A DNA stretch of 64,000 nt from Amoebidium appalachense (lineage: Eukaryota > Protista > Ichthyosporea): positions 6,572,001 through 6,636,000 of the forward strand of contig CAVNZM010000014.1 in assembly GCA_963693365.1 (NCBI GenBank), read 5' to 3'. Positions within the stretch are counted from its first letter, which is position 1; every line of letters begins with the position of its first letter. Position numbers and translations under genes: made by a program. Below are positions 1 through 29,978 of the stretch, piece by piece. The notes beneath the pieces were generated by a model. The model saw nothing but the letters and a program-made list of their open reading frames with translations. It made no database searches and was not told the origin of the DNA.

Positions 1-367
1 CTGCTACCTAGCAGTACGAGTATGTTGGTCTGTAGCACAGGTTTGCTTTTGTGTTGTATGCCAACAGCCGGTGTTGCACGGCTGGGTGGGTCTGTGTGTG
101 TGCCGGCACGTGTGGCATGCTTCTTGCCAAAAATGTTGCCATGCTTTCCGGCTCAGGGCGGCTGATCGATCGATTGGACTTCGGCGGGAATCGGAATCAT
201 ATGAGCTGAGTAGATCCGCAAATCCCCCCCGTAGAACTTGAGTTAATGGATGGTTCCGGAAATCCCACCGCCCATATATCATTATTTTTGGGTAATCACT
301 ATTCGGTCAGATGGTGCACGTGGGGAAAGCTGGGTGGGTGGGTGGGTTGGGGTGGGGTGAGGAGGAA

Positions 368-410
<43 letters not shown>

Positions 411-688
411 CAGGAACAGGCAATAGGATTCAACAGAAACGAGAGGTTGGGGGAAGAAAGGGGTCACATTGTTGTGTGTGTGGGGGGGGGGGGGGGGGGA
501 AGGGGGGGGGGGAGAGCGGGGGGGAGGGGGAGGGGGCGGGGGGAGGGGGGGGGGGGGGAAGGGGGCCAGGAACAGGCAATAGGATTCAACAGAAGCGACA
601 TAGTGACAAAAAGACCTTCTGCTGAGATTTCTTGATGGAGGGCGGGGAGAGGTTGGGGGAAGAAAGGGGTCACATTGTTGTGTGTGTG

Positions 689-721
<33 letters not shown>

Positions 722-1691
722 CGGGGGTACAGCCGGGGTGCACAACCTGAGGGGAGTGTGCAAACATGTCCGGGCACGTGTGTGTGGATTTCCCACCCTG
801 TAAGGTGGTCAGGCATGTGCATCCGCAGGGGGGCGTTGGGAATGGGGGGAGGGATGGAGGGGACGAGGTGGGATCGTGCGTGGGGGGGTGGGGGTCCATG
901 TCGCTGAGAACCAATCACGTGGACATATCCGAACCCCCTACACTCTCCTTCTCGGAGGCTCTCTCAGGCTGGCGTATGTTTCTCTATGCAAATATTCAGG
1001 AAGAAAACTATGCTATGAGGCTGAAAATGGAGGCTGGTAGTCGAGCAGGTGGGGGGGAAGGTAGAGGGGAGGGTTATAACATGTCTTTTTTTTTCTTTGG
1101 ATGCGCTCAGTGGGGAATTTCGAATGTTCCAATGGGAGGTCACCTATGATCCTGCCAATGAAACTACCGTGCACAGTACCAAAGTTAAGATATTGAACCC
1201 TACCGCCCATGAACCTTAAGATTCTAGACTCTAACCCCGATTTACCTGTTATCTTAATAGTGAACCACCCCTGTATAACTGTTGTATTTGATTGTTCCCC
1301 GATCATACGAAACATGAGGAACAAATACTTATGAGGGAAGATGGTTGTGCAGGCCCTACACTGAGGCGCAAGAGCCAGAAGTAAGCTTTATTGTTGCTTT
1401 TCCGTAATATTTCAATTTATGACTCATTTTGGGGCAGGGAAGGGCCGGAAGGGGGGGGGGGGGGGGGGTAGATTTGGAGAGGGAGATTGGGGAAGAAGAG
1501 AGCTTGAAAGGGCTCGGAAGTAGCAGAGAGCGGGGAATGAAGGTTGGGTGGGTGGAGGATTGGGGGGGGGGGGGAGGGGGGGAGGGGGGGGAGGGGGGGG
1601 GGGGGAGGGAGAGGGGCAGGGGGCGGGAGGGGGAAGGGGGGGGGGGGGGGGGAAAGGGGGGGGGGGGGAGAGAAAGAGAGAGGAATAGCAG

Positions 1692-1785
<94 letters not shown>

Positions 1786-1843
1786 ATACGGAGAGTTAGA
1801 GGGAGGGGGGGGGGGGTTGGGGAGAAGAGAGAGTCTAGTGAAA

Positions 1844-1918
<75 letters not shown>

Positions 1919-1940
1919 CATAACAGAGAGAGAGGGGGGG

Positions 1941-1987
<47 letters not shown>

Positions 1988-2300
1988 TTTCTAAAACATT
2001 GTTCCTTGCCAGTCGGTCCTGGGTAATAGTATTCAATGATGTTATTAAACTATCCTGCACAAATATAGACTATTAAAGCACAGATCTGACTAGTGTATAC
2101 CATTGGAGATGGCAATCGACAGTTATAATAGGCAGATTGAGGCCTAGCTAGTTGTGTATGTGTGTGCATCAAACACATATGTATACGCCATCACCGAAAC
2201 CATACCATCCCATGCACATGTGCTTTCCCATGCACATGTACATGAGTGTGATGGTCTGTGCCGCTTAGACAATCACAAGCTGGCTGTGATCGTGACACAA

Positions 2301-2378
<78 letters not shown>

Positions 2379-3374
2379 AGAAGGGGGCAGAGGGGGGGTG
2401 GAACTCATGCACCCCTTGTCACATTGTCGTTGGTATTAGGTCTCCGCATGCGCAGTGCTGCATACGTGCGCGTGTGACACACCATTGTAGCATGTACAAT
2501 ATATCTGTACATGTCTATATGTACACAGAAGAAGAAAAATTGTGTTTACACACACACTTACGCCCCGGGAGCCTCAGCATCGTTGGCCATGTGTAATCGT
2601 TAGTTGGCAAGTGCCCATGCAGCCGGGCCGGCATGATGATGCAACCGTCACATAGCACATCAACGCATTTTTTCATTGGCTCCAGCCACATAACCAGTCC
2701 AAAAGCGGATAAGCTTTCCGTATATAGCTAATAGATCACATATTTTTCTTGGCCATTTTTTGTTCGCCGATTTTATTGGTGCGTGCAACCACTTGCGCCA
2801 GTCGTAGATCTGAATAGATCTATCGAAGATGCAATTCCACTACACAGCGGAACACTAATATTACACATGTACAAGCATGCAGAAATATAGGCAACTAAGT
2901 ATTTTGGGGATTTCAGGCAAGTTTGTCACGGCTGCATCACATGGCCCATTTATATCAGCATACGTACGTACGTAGATAAGTATACACACAAATTGTCCGT
3001 CATAATTGCACTACACACATGCAAATAAGGGTTATAATTAGGCCTTACCGGCGGGGAACCGCAGCAAGAGTATCCAGCCCGCTGGACGTGCACGCAGCGA
3101 AGCAAGAGGACTTTATAAGCGATACATCAAGTTGGTTATGACTAGGCGGTGACGTTGCCATGATCACGACGAGATGGCTTATGTTGATTCTCGGTCAGGG
3201 AAGTATCCCATTCGTTCTTATGCTCAACCATATTTATTACATAATACATGCCACCCAGTTCTAATGCAACCACTTCCACACTGAGCAATACACAGTTATT
3301 GCTCTACCCGTGTAATAACCACAAAACCTTTACTTCAGCAGAAACGTGTGCCCATTTCATTACAATATTCAAAG

Positions 3375-3946
3375 ATGAAGCGAGGACATACCTCCGTTTT
3401 TGTTCTCTGCCTAGCGTTGTTGTTTGTCGCTTTTGCGGCGGCGGCGACGGTGGAGAAAGAGCCCACGGCTGCGGACTTGGAGGCATTGAGGGAATTTGAG
3501 CCAAGAACACTCTGCCGTCCCCAAAGTATGTGCATGTTGCAAAAACAAGGAAATACTGTACATGTTTCCCGATGCTTTAGGTTTGAAGCAGGGAAGCGTT
3601 ATGAGCGAATTATTGTAGTCTAGTGTTGGGGTTATGTCGGGCTAGGATGAAGAGGGAGAAAAGGAGAAGTGAGTGTTGGTCGTTTCAGTTGGGCTATGTA
3701 AGCAATGCCAACAAGCAGGCTTTTTTTTTTTTTTTAAAGCCAAGACTGCAGTTTTCAATGCTGGCTGTTTTGTGTAATTCCCATAAGATTGAATCAGGGG
3801 AATCCGGTCCTTTCAGTTTCCAACGACAACGTTATAGTACTTGCCATTGCAATGATATCGATCTCAGACCGTGACACCATCACCACGACAGTTACGACAG
3901 TCACACTGTGACACTAACACACACCCCACTACTTCCCCCCCCCCCC

Positions 3947-3977
<31 letters not shown>

Positions 3978-5517
3978 ACACCGCCTCTTTCTCTTCCCCC
4001 TCCCCCCACCACTCCCTCCCCCCACCCCTCACCCCACAACCCCACCCCATCCACCCCCTCCTCCCCCCAAAATCCCAAAACACAACAGATTGCCACACGT
4101 ACGGGACGGACTGTGACACCACCAGCACCGACTGTCAGTGCACGAGTACTGTGTCTAAGCAGTGCACGTGCAAGGCCGGCCACCACAACAAGCACAGAGA
4201 ATGCATCAGCAGCTGGCTGGGCATCTGCTGGAGTTATGGCCCCGAACAGTGTGACGGTTTGTGTCCATCCTCTCTCCACCTCCCTCCTCCCGCTACCACC
4301 ACCACCACCACATACACACACACTCAGACACACGCGCGCACGCACGCACACACACACGCACACGCACACGCACGCACACGCACACGCACACGCACACGCA
4401 CACGCACACGCACACACACGCACACACACGCACACACACACACGCACGCACACGCACGCACACGCACGCACACGCACACACGCACACACACGCACACACG
4501 CACGCACACGCACACGCACACGCACACGCACACGCACACGCACACGCACACGCACACGCACGCGCACGCGCACGCGCACGCGCACGCGCACGCGCACACG
4601 CACACGCACACGACACACACACACACACACACACACACACAGCCCGCCTTCAAGCTACCGAGCAACCCCACCGGCCCGTAATTGAAGCAGTCAGTTATAT
4701 CTACTGGTTCCAACAACAATCGATAATTCCATATGGCCAAAGTTTTTGAGTTGTGGTTGGCAAAAGGCAGTCAGTAAGCCTATTGTTTGTGTGGCTAAAC
4801 TTTATCATCTGCTCAACTTGCCACCCCAATCTCTATCCCTCCCTCCCCCCCCGTCCCCCCCCCCCCCCCCCCCCCCCTTCCCAACCCTCCCCCCCACCCA
4901 CCAACCCACCCACCCACCCCTTGTCCTGTGAGCCGCCTCGTGGCTTACACCGATCACCCCCACACCCGACGGTCAGCATGCAACACACCCAATCCAGTGG
5001 GGTGTAAGACCAGCACATGGAATAACCCGGGTGAGGCCTGTGACAAGAAGTGCACACAGTGCATGCCTGGCTACACCCCAACATACGACCACAAGTGTGC
5101 GGGTATGTTTTTCATGCGTGTCTCTGTCAGTGTCCCCCCCCCTCCCCCTTCCCCCCCCCCCCCCCCCCCCCCCCCCCCGCGCACCACCACCACCACCACC
5201 ACCGTGCATCTCCTCCACCACCATCACCCTCCCCCAGCCTCCCCTCCCGTCCTCCCCCCCAACCCCCACCGCCTCCTTTCCCCCCTTCTCCCTGGGGAAG
5301 CACACCCCTTCTACAAACAAACGTGGACAAAAAGAACCATAATTCTGCACAAACTGGCGACGTGATTTGGTGTATAGAACCACAAACCGATCATGCCTAC
5401 CCGGCTGAATAGGCAAAAGGGAAAATGCTCTACAAAGCACACAACACCCAAATACGTAGCGTCTAATTTCGTAAGTTAAACTTTCGGTTTTCCCTAAACT
5501 TTTTGCAAGTTATGCTG

Positions 5518-5568
<51 letters not shown>

Positions 5569-7276
5569 AAAACAAAACAAAAAAAAAAACAAAAAAAACA
5601 ACATTTACAGCGTGTAAGGCGCCTGAACCCCCCGTCGCATATTGCGATAAATGGAGTGATTGGGCCGAGGCTGACACGTGCAAGAAAACGTGCTTGGGGT
5701 GTGCGGATGGTCGTGAGCTGGTCAACGGCAAATGCGGTGAGCGATATTTGTCCAATCAAACAATCTATTGTATGGTGGGGAAAACGTGCGAAATGAAGCT
5801 GGTGGTAGGAGGGCAAAAGAATATATCCCCATCCCCTCCCCCACCCTTCCATTTTTTTCATGTTTCCAGGAATCGCAAAGGATCCAAAGCACTTCGTACC
5901 CCTCCCCCCCCCCCCCCCCTGTCCGCTTCCCTTTTCTATTCACAGCCTTCCCCCCCCCCCCCCCTCCCTCCCCCCCCCCCCCCCCCCCCCGGGCGTCCGT
6001 CCCGCCCTCGCTCCCCTCCCTCCCCCTATCTCTCCCAGAAATCACCAGATCAGATTCAACATGCACAATCCATGACAGGCAGAACAACCACAACATAGCA
6101 CACACACAGCAAGCTTCCACTCACATCCCCCTCCCTTCCCCGGCCCTCCATCTCCTCCCTCCCCCCAACTCCCCCCCCCCGCCCGCTTCTCCCCCGCTCC
6201 CTTCTTTTCTCCCCTCCCCCTCCCCCCCCCCCCAACCCCCCCCCCCGCCCCTCCTTCTCCTCCTCTCCCTCCCATCCCTCTCCGCCTTTCAGTTTGCACC
6301 AACACGGACCACTGTCTTGAGGTGTCGAGTTATGGCCCAGGCTGCAGTGTGCTTTGTGCCCCAGGCAAGTGTGAGAAGGGGGTGGCAAAACAACAACTAC
6401 AATCCAAGCGTGTGCACAGGTAGTGTTTTATGACGATCCCCCCCTCCCCCCCCCCCCCCCTCCCCACCCCCCCATCCCCCACCGTACTCTTACCCTTCCC
6501 TGCTCCCCCCCCCCCCCCCCCCTTCCCCCCCCCAACTCCCGTCCTCTCACTCCCAGCCCTCCTGGCGGTGCTCCTTGCTCCACCCCCCCCCACCACCCCC
6601 ACCACCACCATTCCGTGGCTCCGAATAAACTCTACAGAACGTTCACTTCGCATATTTCCATGTGATTGTTGCCTGTACCTCCTTCCTTTCCTCCTTCTCC
6701 CCATCCATCTGCCGCTCCCATAGCCACCTCTCCTTTACCCCGTAGTCCTTTCAACCTTTATAAATCCACACATACACCTCCCTTTTGAATCATTTCCCTG
6801 TAGACCTATAGACGATTAACTACATACGTCCAGTTCCCATCACCTCTCCCTATTCCCTTCTCAGAAAAAATACCCCCCCTCCCCTCCCCCCCCCCCCCCC
6901 CCCCCCCCCCCAAGCCTTGCTGCCTACCACCCCACCACTTTCTAGCACTCTCCAAATCTAGCTCCCGGAACCTCCCAGAAGACACATCAATGGATATTCC
7001 CTTCACCAACACTGGTATCTGAGGTTATGATTCGTGATTGGGTAACGTGACCATACACGTGTACTGACTGCCAATTGGTGTGTGCCAGAATGTTCTGCAC
7101 CCTCCGCCACCGAAACTGAGCACTGCAGCGCATGGCAGTGGCTCAGCGGCTGCACGTGGGAATGCACTGGCTGCAAGGACGGCAGAGCACTGGTAGACGG
7201 CAAATGTGGTAAATGACAACGAACCAATCACACGTCACATCACAGCACAGGCACACCCTGCCTCCCAGCCCTCCCA

Positions 7277-7311
<35 letters not shown>

Positions 7312-7486
7312 TTCTCCCCCATGCACACTGGCATAAGCAAGTTCGTTACCGTTGAATTCAATCTATTTTTCGCTTCCCTTGCAGCTCAGATGATTTGCTT
7401 ATGCATTTGGACCAGTCCCCCCCCCCCCCCCCTCCCCCCCCCCCCCCCCCCCAACCAACCAACCAACCCCCCCCCCCCCCCTCCCC

Positions 7487-7517
<31 letters not shown>

Positions 7518-8198
7518 ACACACACACACCCACCACCACCACAAAAATAAAAATAAAAATAAAAAATAAACTACCCTCACCCCCACATCCCCCTCACCAT
7601 CCTCCCCCAACAAAAAATAACAATAAAAAAAAAAAAAAAAAAAAAAAAAACATAACCACCCACCCACCCTCTAAAACCCATGCCCACTTTCATGCAGTCT
7701 GCGCCGGCGGGGACCCCCACTGCCAGGGCTCAGTTTCCTATGGCCCCACGTGTGAGCCCCTCTGCCCCCCGGGCAAGTGTGTGCCCGGATGGGCCAATGA
7801 CGTCACCAAGGACTCACAGTGCTCAGGTTGGGAGCAACCTCCCCCCCCCCTCCCCCAACCCTCCCACCCTCCCACCCTCCCCCTGGCACATGCACACTTT
7901 TGTGTTCACACTAGTATAGCTCCCCTCCTGCTCCCTCCACTAGCCCTTCCCCCCTCCCCTCCCCTTCCCTGCCCCCCGGGGCCTCCCCCTCCTTCCCCAC
8001 TTCCCCATGCAAATCTCCCCACAAGCCTCCCTAATATCTTCTCTTCTCTACTTTTCCCTTTACCCCACCACATTCAGTGGACGAGCACACCAAAGCCATC
8101 CAATGTCGAACTGAAAACGGAATCGGCCACAGAAAATCCTTCCGTTTGCATTTTTCCTCTGAGCCCCCGTTGCCCCTCTCCTTTTATCTGACTACGAG

Positions 8199-8241
<43 letters not shown>

Positions 8242-8771
8242 CCTCTCCCTCCTCGGCTCCCCCCTGCACTCCCTCCCCTTGCCCCTCTTCCTCCCCCCCC
8301 CCCCCCCCACGACCCACCCCACCCCCCTCCCCTCTTTGCTCCACTAGGATCTTGTTATAATGTCTAAAGAAGCTCCCCTCTCACACACAAGGGGCTTGCA
8401 GGGAATCCCCCCCCCCCCCACCCCCCCCCCCCCATATATATATATTTCAGAAGTAAATGATAATTGAGTCACATGGGCCACGTGTACTGACTGCCAATTG
8501 GTGCGTGCCAGAATGTTCCGCACCCGCCGCCGCAGAAACTGAGCACTGTAGCGCATGGCAGTGGCTCAGCGGCTGCACGTGGAAGTGCACTGGCTGCAAG
8601 GACGGTAGAGCACTGGTAGACGGCAAATGCGGTAAGTGACAACCAGCCAATCACATGCCAACATACATGCACCCTCGCAGATATCAATCGCACCTGCAAG
8701 CTTTATTTATCTCCACCCACACCTGCCTTCCTTCTCTTCCCCCCCCCCCCCCCCCCCCTTCCCCCCCCATC

Positions 8772-8803
<32 letters not shown>

Positions 8804-9197
8804 AGACACACACACAAAAAAAAAAAATACCAAGACCATCGCTACAGTTATATGCATGCACACCTGATTGTAACCCTTTTCACTTTACCCTGTCTCACTG
8901 GACACAGAAAATGGCCTCTCAACTGACCCCCCCCCCCCCCCCCCCCCCCAGCCCCCCCCTTCCCCCCCCCCCCCCCCCCTCCCCCCCCTCCCCCCCCCCC
9001 CCCCCCCCCGCCCACCCCCAGTCCCCCTCCCGCATGCACTTTGGAATAAGCAATTTGGTTATCTTTGACTCCAATTCATTTTTCGCTTGCCTTGCACCTC
9101 AGATGATTTGCCTATGCATTTGGACCAGCTCCCCCCCCCCCCCCCCACAACCACCAACAAAAAAAAACAAAACATCACCACCAACACCAAAACCAAC

Positions 9198-9247
<50 letters not shown>

Positions 9248-9637
9248 AGAAAGAAAAAGAAAGAAAGAAAGGAAAGAAAGGAAAAAAGGAAAAGAAAAAC
9301 ATAACCACTCACCCATCAACCCTCATACACCCATGCCCACTTTCATGCAGTGTGTGCTGGTGGCGACCCCCACTGCCAGGGCTCAGTTTCCTACGGGCCT
9401 ACGTGTGAGCCCCTCTGCCCCCCGGGCAAGTGTGTGCCCGGGTGGGCCAATGACGTCACCAAGGACTCACAGTGCTCAGGTTGGGACTCGGACCCCCCTC
9501 TCCCCCCTCCCCCCCCCCCTCTCCCCCCCTCCCTCCTTCTGCACCCATACCCCCCTCCCACTCCAACACAAACAAGACACACAAATAACCCCCCTCCCCC
9601 CCCCCTCCCCCCACCCCTCTTCCCCTCCCCTCCCCTC

Positions 9638-9684
<47 letters not shown>

Positions 9685-10504
9685 ACCCACACACACTCCC
9701 CATCTTCCCAAACACACACTGACACACGCACACACCCACACCCACACACAAACGTCTGTGCAAGCCCACTAGCGAGAACTAAGAGTAAGCCCCCCCCCCC
9801 CCCCTCCCCCCCCCCCCCCCCCTCCCCCCCCCCCCCCCCCCGGGGGGTTATTATCAGTCCATCATCTACTATTTGAGACAGAAAACCAACAAAGACCTAC
9901 CCATGTCCCTTCGCATTTCAGATTCTCTTCAACCGCCACACGTTCCACCTACTCCAAAAAAACTAAAATTCATCATAAAAATTAAAAGTTCTAAACCTTG
10001 TTTATTTCAGAGTGTACTGCTTGGGAGCCCATTGACCACTGCAATGCCTATGGGGACTGGGTGGAGGGCTGCAAGAAACCGTGCACTGGCTGTGAGGACG
10101 ATAACACCCTCGAAAACGGCCACTGTGGTGCGTGATTTTGGCTCAAAAAGTTGCTCCTGATCCCTCCGCCCCCTCCCTCCCTCCCCCCCCTGCCCCACCC
10201 CTTCCCCAACCCTCCCCACCTCTCCCTCCCCCCTCCCCCCCCCCCTCCCCCCCTCCCCCCATCAAAATAATAATAATAAAAAGGGGGAAAAAAAAAAAAA
10301 AAGACACCCACCCACCATCCACCCCACCCGCCCCACACAAAGCATCACCGCCACCCCTGATCATTCTTACCACCATCACGAATTTTTCTATAACCAACAC
10401 ATACACCCCCCCCCCCCCTCCCCCCGCGCCCTCCCCTCCTTCCCCTCCCCTCGCACTCCCCTCACTCCCCCCCCCCCCCCCCCCACCCCACCCCCCACCC
10501 CTCT

Positions 10505-10540
<36 letters not shown>

Positions 10541-11532
10541 CTTTACTATCTGTCAATTAGCCTATTAACTGTTACATATTTGGTTATCTAATCATGTCTA
10601 TCAATCATGAAAATCCACCATTTTACTAACTGTGGGTGTGGGGTTTTTAGTGTGCAAGGACCCCCACTGCCGGCCGCTTTTTGATGTATCCACCTACGAG
10701 CCTACATGCAACCCCCTGTGCAAGCCCAACAAGTGTGTGGACGGATTTACCAATTTTGGACACAAGGGAAAGTGCATCCTCAAGAGTAAGGAGCCCCCCC
10801 CCCCCCCCCCCCCCCCCCCCTCGGATCACCCCCCTCCCCCCCCTCCCCCCCCTCCCCCCCTCCCCCCCCCTCTCCCTTACCCCTCCCCTCCCTCCCCCCC
10901 CCCCCTCCAAAAAAGGACCAACCTCACCTGCAGTCAAATCTCCCCCCCCCCCCCCCCCCCCCACCCACCCTCTCCCCCACAACACACATACCCACCAGCT
11001 GATAAACATATATAGATTCCCTCTGTCCGCCATCTCAGACCCTTGCTTCCCCCTCCCCCACAACCCGTTACCACCACAAAAAACAATAACAATCGCCTGC
11101 CCCTTCGCCTGCACCCGCGCGCATAACGCACTGACCTCCCCCCCTCCCCCCCCCCCCCCCCCCCCCCCCCCCTTTCCCCTCCCCCTCCTCCCCCTCCCCC
11201 CTCTCCCTCTCCTCCTCCTCCCCTTCTTCCCCCCCTCCTCCTCTCCCCCTCCTCCCCTTCCCCCACTCCCCTTCCTCCCCTTCCCCCACCCTCCTCCCCT
11301 TCCTCCCCCCCCCCCCCCCCCCTTCAAAACACACGCAGACTTCTGCCCCGCCAACGAATGGCAGTGGAAAGATACCCCCACATCGCCCCCCCGGGCATCC
11401 AATGCCAACTGGTGCGCAACAAATTGCAACGTGGATGGGCCTAGCTATCTCCATCCGGCATGCATCCCCATGGACTACGCCATAGACCCCGTCCACCGCC
11501 GCTGCTACTGCAAGGACCCCAAATTCGAGTGA
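3375..11532 (+). CDS. Secreted cysteine-rich modular protein with furin-like/CxxC repeats, about 546 aa, 12 exons
   Basis: Exons bounded by AG/GT: 3375-3525 (signal peptide [24 protein letters not shown]), 4089-4256, 4977-5102, 5611-5736, 6293-6419, 7089-7208, 7698-7826, 8512-8631, 9351-9479, 10011-10127, 10651-10785, 11339-11532 (TGA). Recurrent motifs [15 protein letters not shown] and [19 protein letters not shown]. One extra G at 6378-6382 must be removed to keep frame. Confidence 0.85.
7050..9485 (+). repeat. Tandem duplication of a two-exon unit (exons 6-7 = exons 8-9) including intron sequence
   Basis: 7089-7208 vs 8512-8631 and 7698-7826 vs 9351-9479 are near-identical. Intron segments such as ctcagatgatttgc(t/c)tatgcatttggaccag (about 7385 and 9098) and ccatgcccactttcatgcag are also shared. 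Confidence 0.92.
10624..10630 (+). promoter_or_regulatory. Intron branch point TACTAAC
   Basis: Exact TACTAAC about 20 nt upstream of the AG acceptor at 10649-10650. CTGAC variants lie at similar distance before acceptors at 7088, 8511, 51406 and 53969. Confidence 0.7.
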
Positions 11533-12418
11533 TTGCATATTGAAACACCCCCCCCCCCCCCCCCCCCCCCCCCCTACCCCCACCTGATGTCTTGCAATGC
11601 AGCTTGATTGATTTGTATGGGATAGATGCGCTGTGCGTGTTAGTGGTTGGGTATTTCTAGTGTGAATCCCCATTGAGTTTGTTGAGCGTGAAACTAACAA
11701 ATTTGGGGAAAAAAAAAAAAAAAAAAAAAAAGAACAAAACCCAAAAGTGGTCAGACATGTAAAATGCCAAAATCGTTACTACAGAGATTCAAGTGTGCTT
11801 TTGGTATATCTATCGCTGGATAGTTGTAGATATTTGCGGTTTTAGGCGGAGAAATTATTAGCACCTGGAGGGGTTTCCATCTGTGGTTGTGTGTCATATA
11901 TGCATGTGTCCAAAACTTCTCAGGCCCTACGTTGGATCGTGCATCCGTGGCTAAGCGGATTGCCCAAGAATGTGTATATGCTGGCCTGAATAAAAATAAC
12001 ACCATTCAACTTTCAGTGAGTAGTCTAGGTATTTATGATTTGTCTAGGCTGACAGCAAATTTTCGTTCTTTGTGAGATCTAATAACCTGTGGCTGCCTCC
12101 CAGCCCAAAATGTACACGCGTGCATCCTGTCAATAAAATCAATCAATAAATAAATGAAGGAGCTTAAAACTTCATTAATTGTGCAACATCGCAACCTACA
12201 TACTCTTCAACCAACCAGTCAACACCGAGTAGATTCTTGCCCCTCAAGTTATTATCCATCTCTCTCTCTCTCTCTCTCTCCCCCCCCCCCCCCCCCCCCC
12301 TCCCCCCTTCCTCCCTCCCTCTCTCCCTCTCTCCCTCTCTCCCCTCCCATAACTCAATGCATTAGCCACACGATGGCCATAGCGATATATTCCCATCATC
12401 CTGGGCACGGGATACCTG

Positions 12419-12453
<35 letters not shown>

Positions 12454-12676
12454 AGGGTATTGTCATGTGGACCTTGCACGTATGCCTTGCTCATATAGCG
12501 TAGGAGTGGAGCTGTGCACAAATTTCATATCTTAAATTTCAACAATAAGGATTGATCCGATCAAGCAGAGTTTCATCTGCAACAAAACAAACAGCAATAA
12601 CTTGAGTTTTGCCGTTTGGAAAAATCGGAGCGCTAATACCCTTGCGGATAATCACATTTTATCTGTGTGTGTGTGT

Positions 12677-12740
<64 letters not shown>

Positions 12741-13677
12741 GGGGGCAGTGAGTCGTACAAACATAGGGCCAAATAGTGTGATGACCCCGGGACGGGTCCG
12801 GGAATCGATTAATCTGAAATTCGATTGGCTGATTGGGCCCGCCAATCCTTTTAATTTTTTGCAATTTTTTGGGCTATCACTAGTTCGCCAGATGACAGAA
12901 ACTGCATTTGTATTATACCTAACTTGTGAATGTGCCTATAGGCTTCAGCAATTACATTCAATGGTATTCTCACATAGATCGATTTCTTCCATTCCTCTAG
13001 TGTCAAGAGGTACGTACAAAATTCATGATCCCATACGCAAATTGACTGTGTAAACATACGTAAATACAAACAAAATCCAAAAGTATGGAGAGAAAGTCCA
13101 ATCATAGATAGTAACCATCAGGTCAACAATACCAACGAATATATTGCGAAAGTCTGCTAAGAATGCGCACGAATGCCCGGAAAGGGGATTTTTCTTGCAT
13201 TCCGTTTCCATATATAGAATCTGTCAGATACACGGTCATACAAACGACCGCAAGTAAGCTTCAACCATTCATACTTGATACGAAATCAGACTACACAAAG
13301 ACCCAAATAACGAAACCCACCATCCCAAAAAGGAAAATATTGTCACACTAAATTTTCATAAAAACCAATCACAGGCATTCAGAGAATCCGATTATGGTAA
13401 CAAACTCCGCCACACCAACCAACCACACCACACATTCACCCTCATTAAGTTACGGAACACAAGATCGCATGGTCGTGTAATACCCACCCAACCAACGCTA
13501 ATCGATCAAACAGGCTTCGTTCACGGTGGCGACAAAATTTCAAAAATTTCAAAAATTTCAAAAAAAAAAATGTAAGGAAAGAAACCGAGAGAAAAACAGA
13601 CAAACCAAATACAAAAACAAAGGTTGAGAAAGCCACGATTTGTCTTCCAGCATTCAACAGCATTGACCATGGAACCT

Positions 13678-13717
<40 letters not shown>

Positions 13718-14004
13718 CCCCCCCCCCCCCTCCCCCCCCCCCCCCCCTCTCCCCCCCCCCCCCCCCCCCCTCCTCTCTCTCTCTTCCCCCTCCTGCCGCA
13801 AAAACTAAGTGAAAAAAAATCTACAATAAAAAACAAAAAAGCTAAAAAAAAACCAAAAACAGGAGGGGGGAAAAAAAACACACACAATAATAAATATTAT
13901 CCAAATAGATAGCAAAATCATTAAACAGCACAGCCAAATAACAAATAACACATCGTCAATTGAACCAACAACATAACCCCCCCCCTCCCCCTGGGAATCG
14001 AACC

Positions 14005-29978
<15,974 letters not shown>

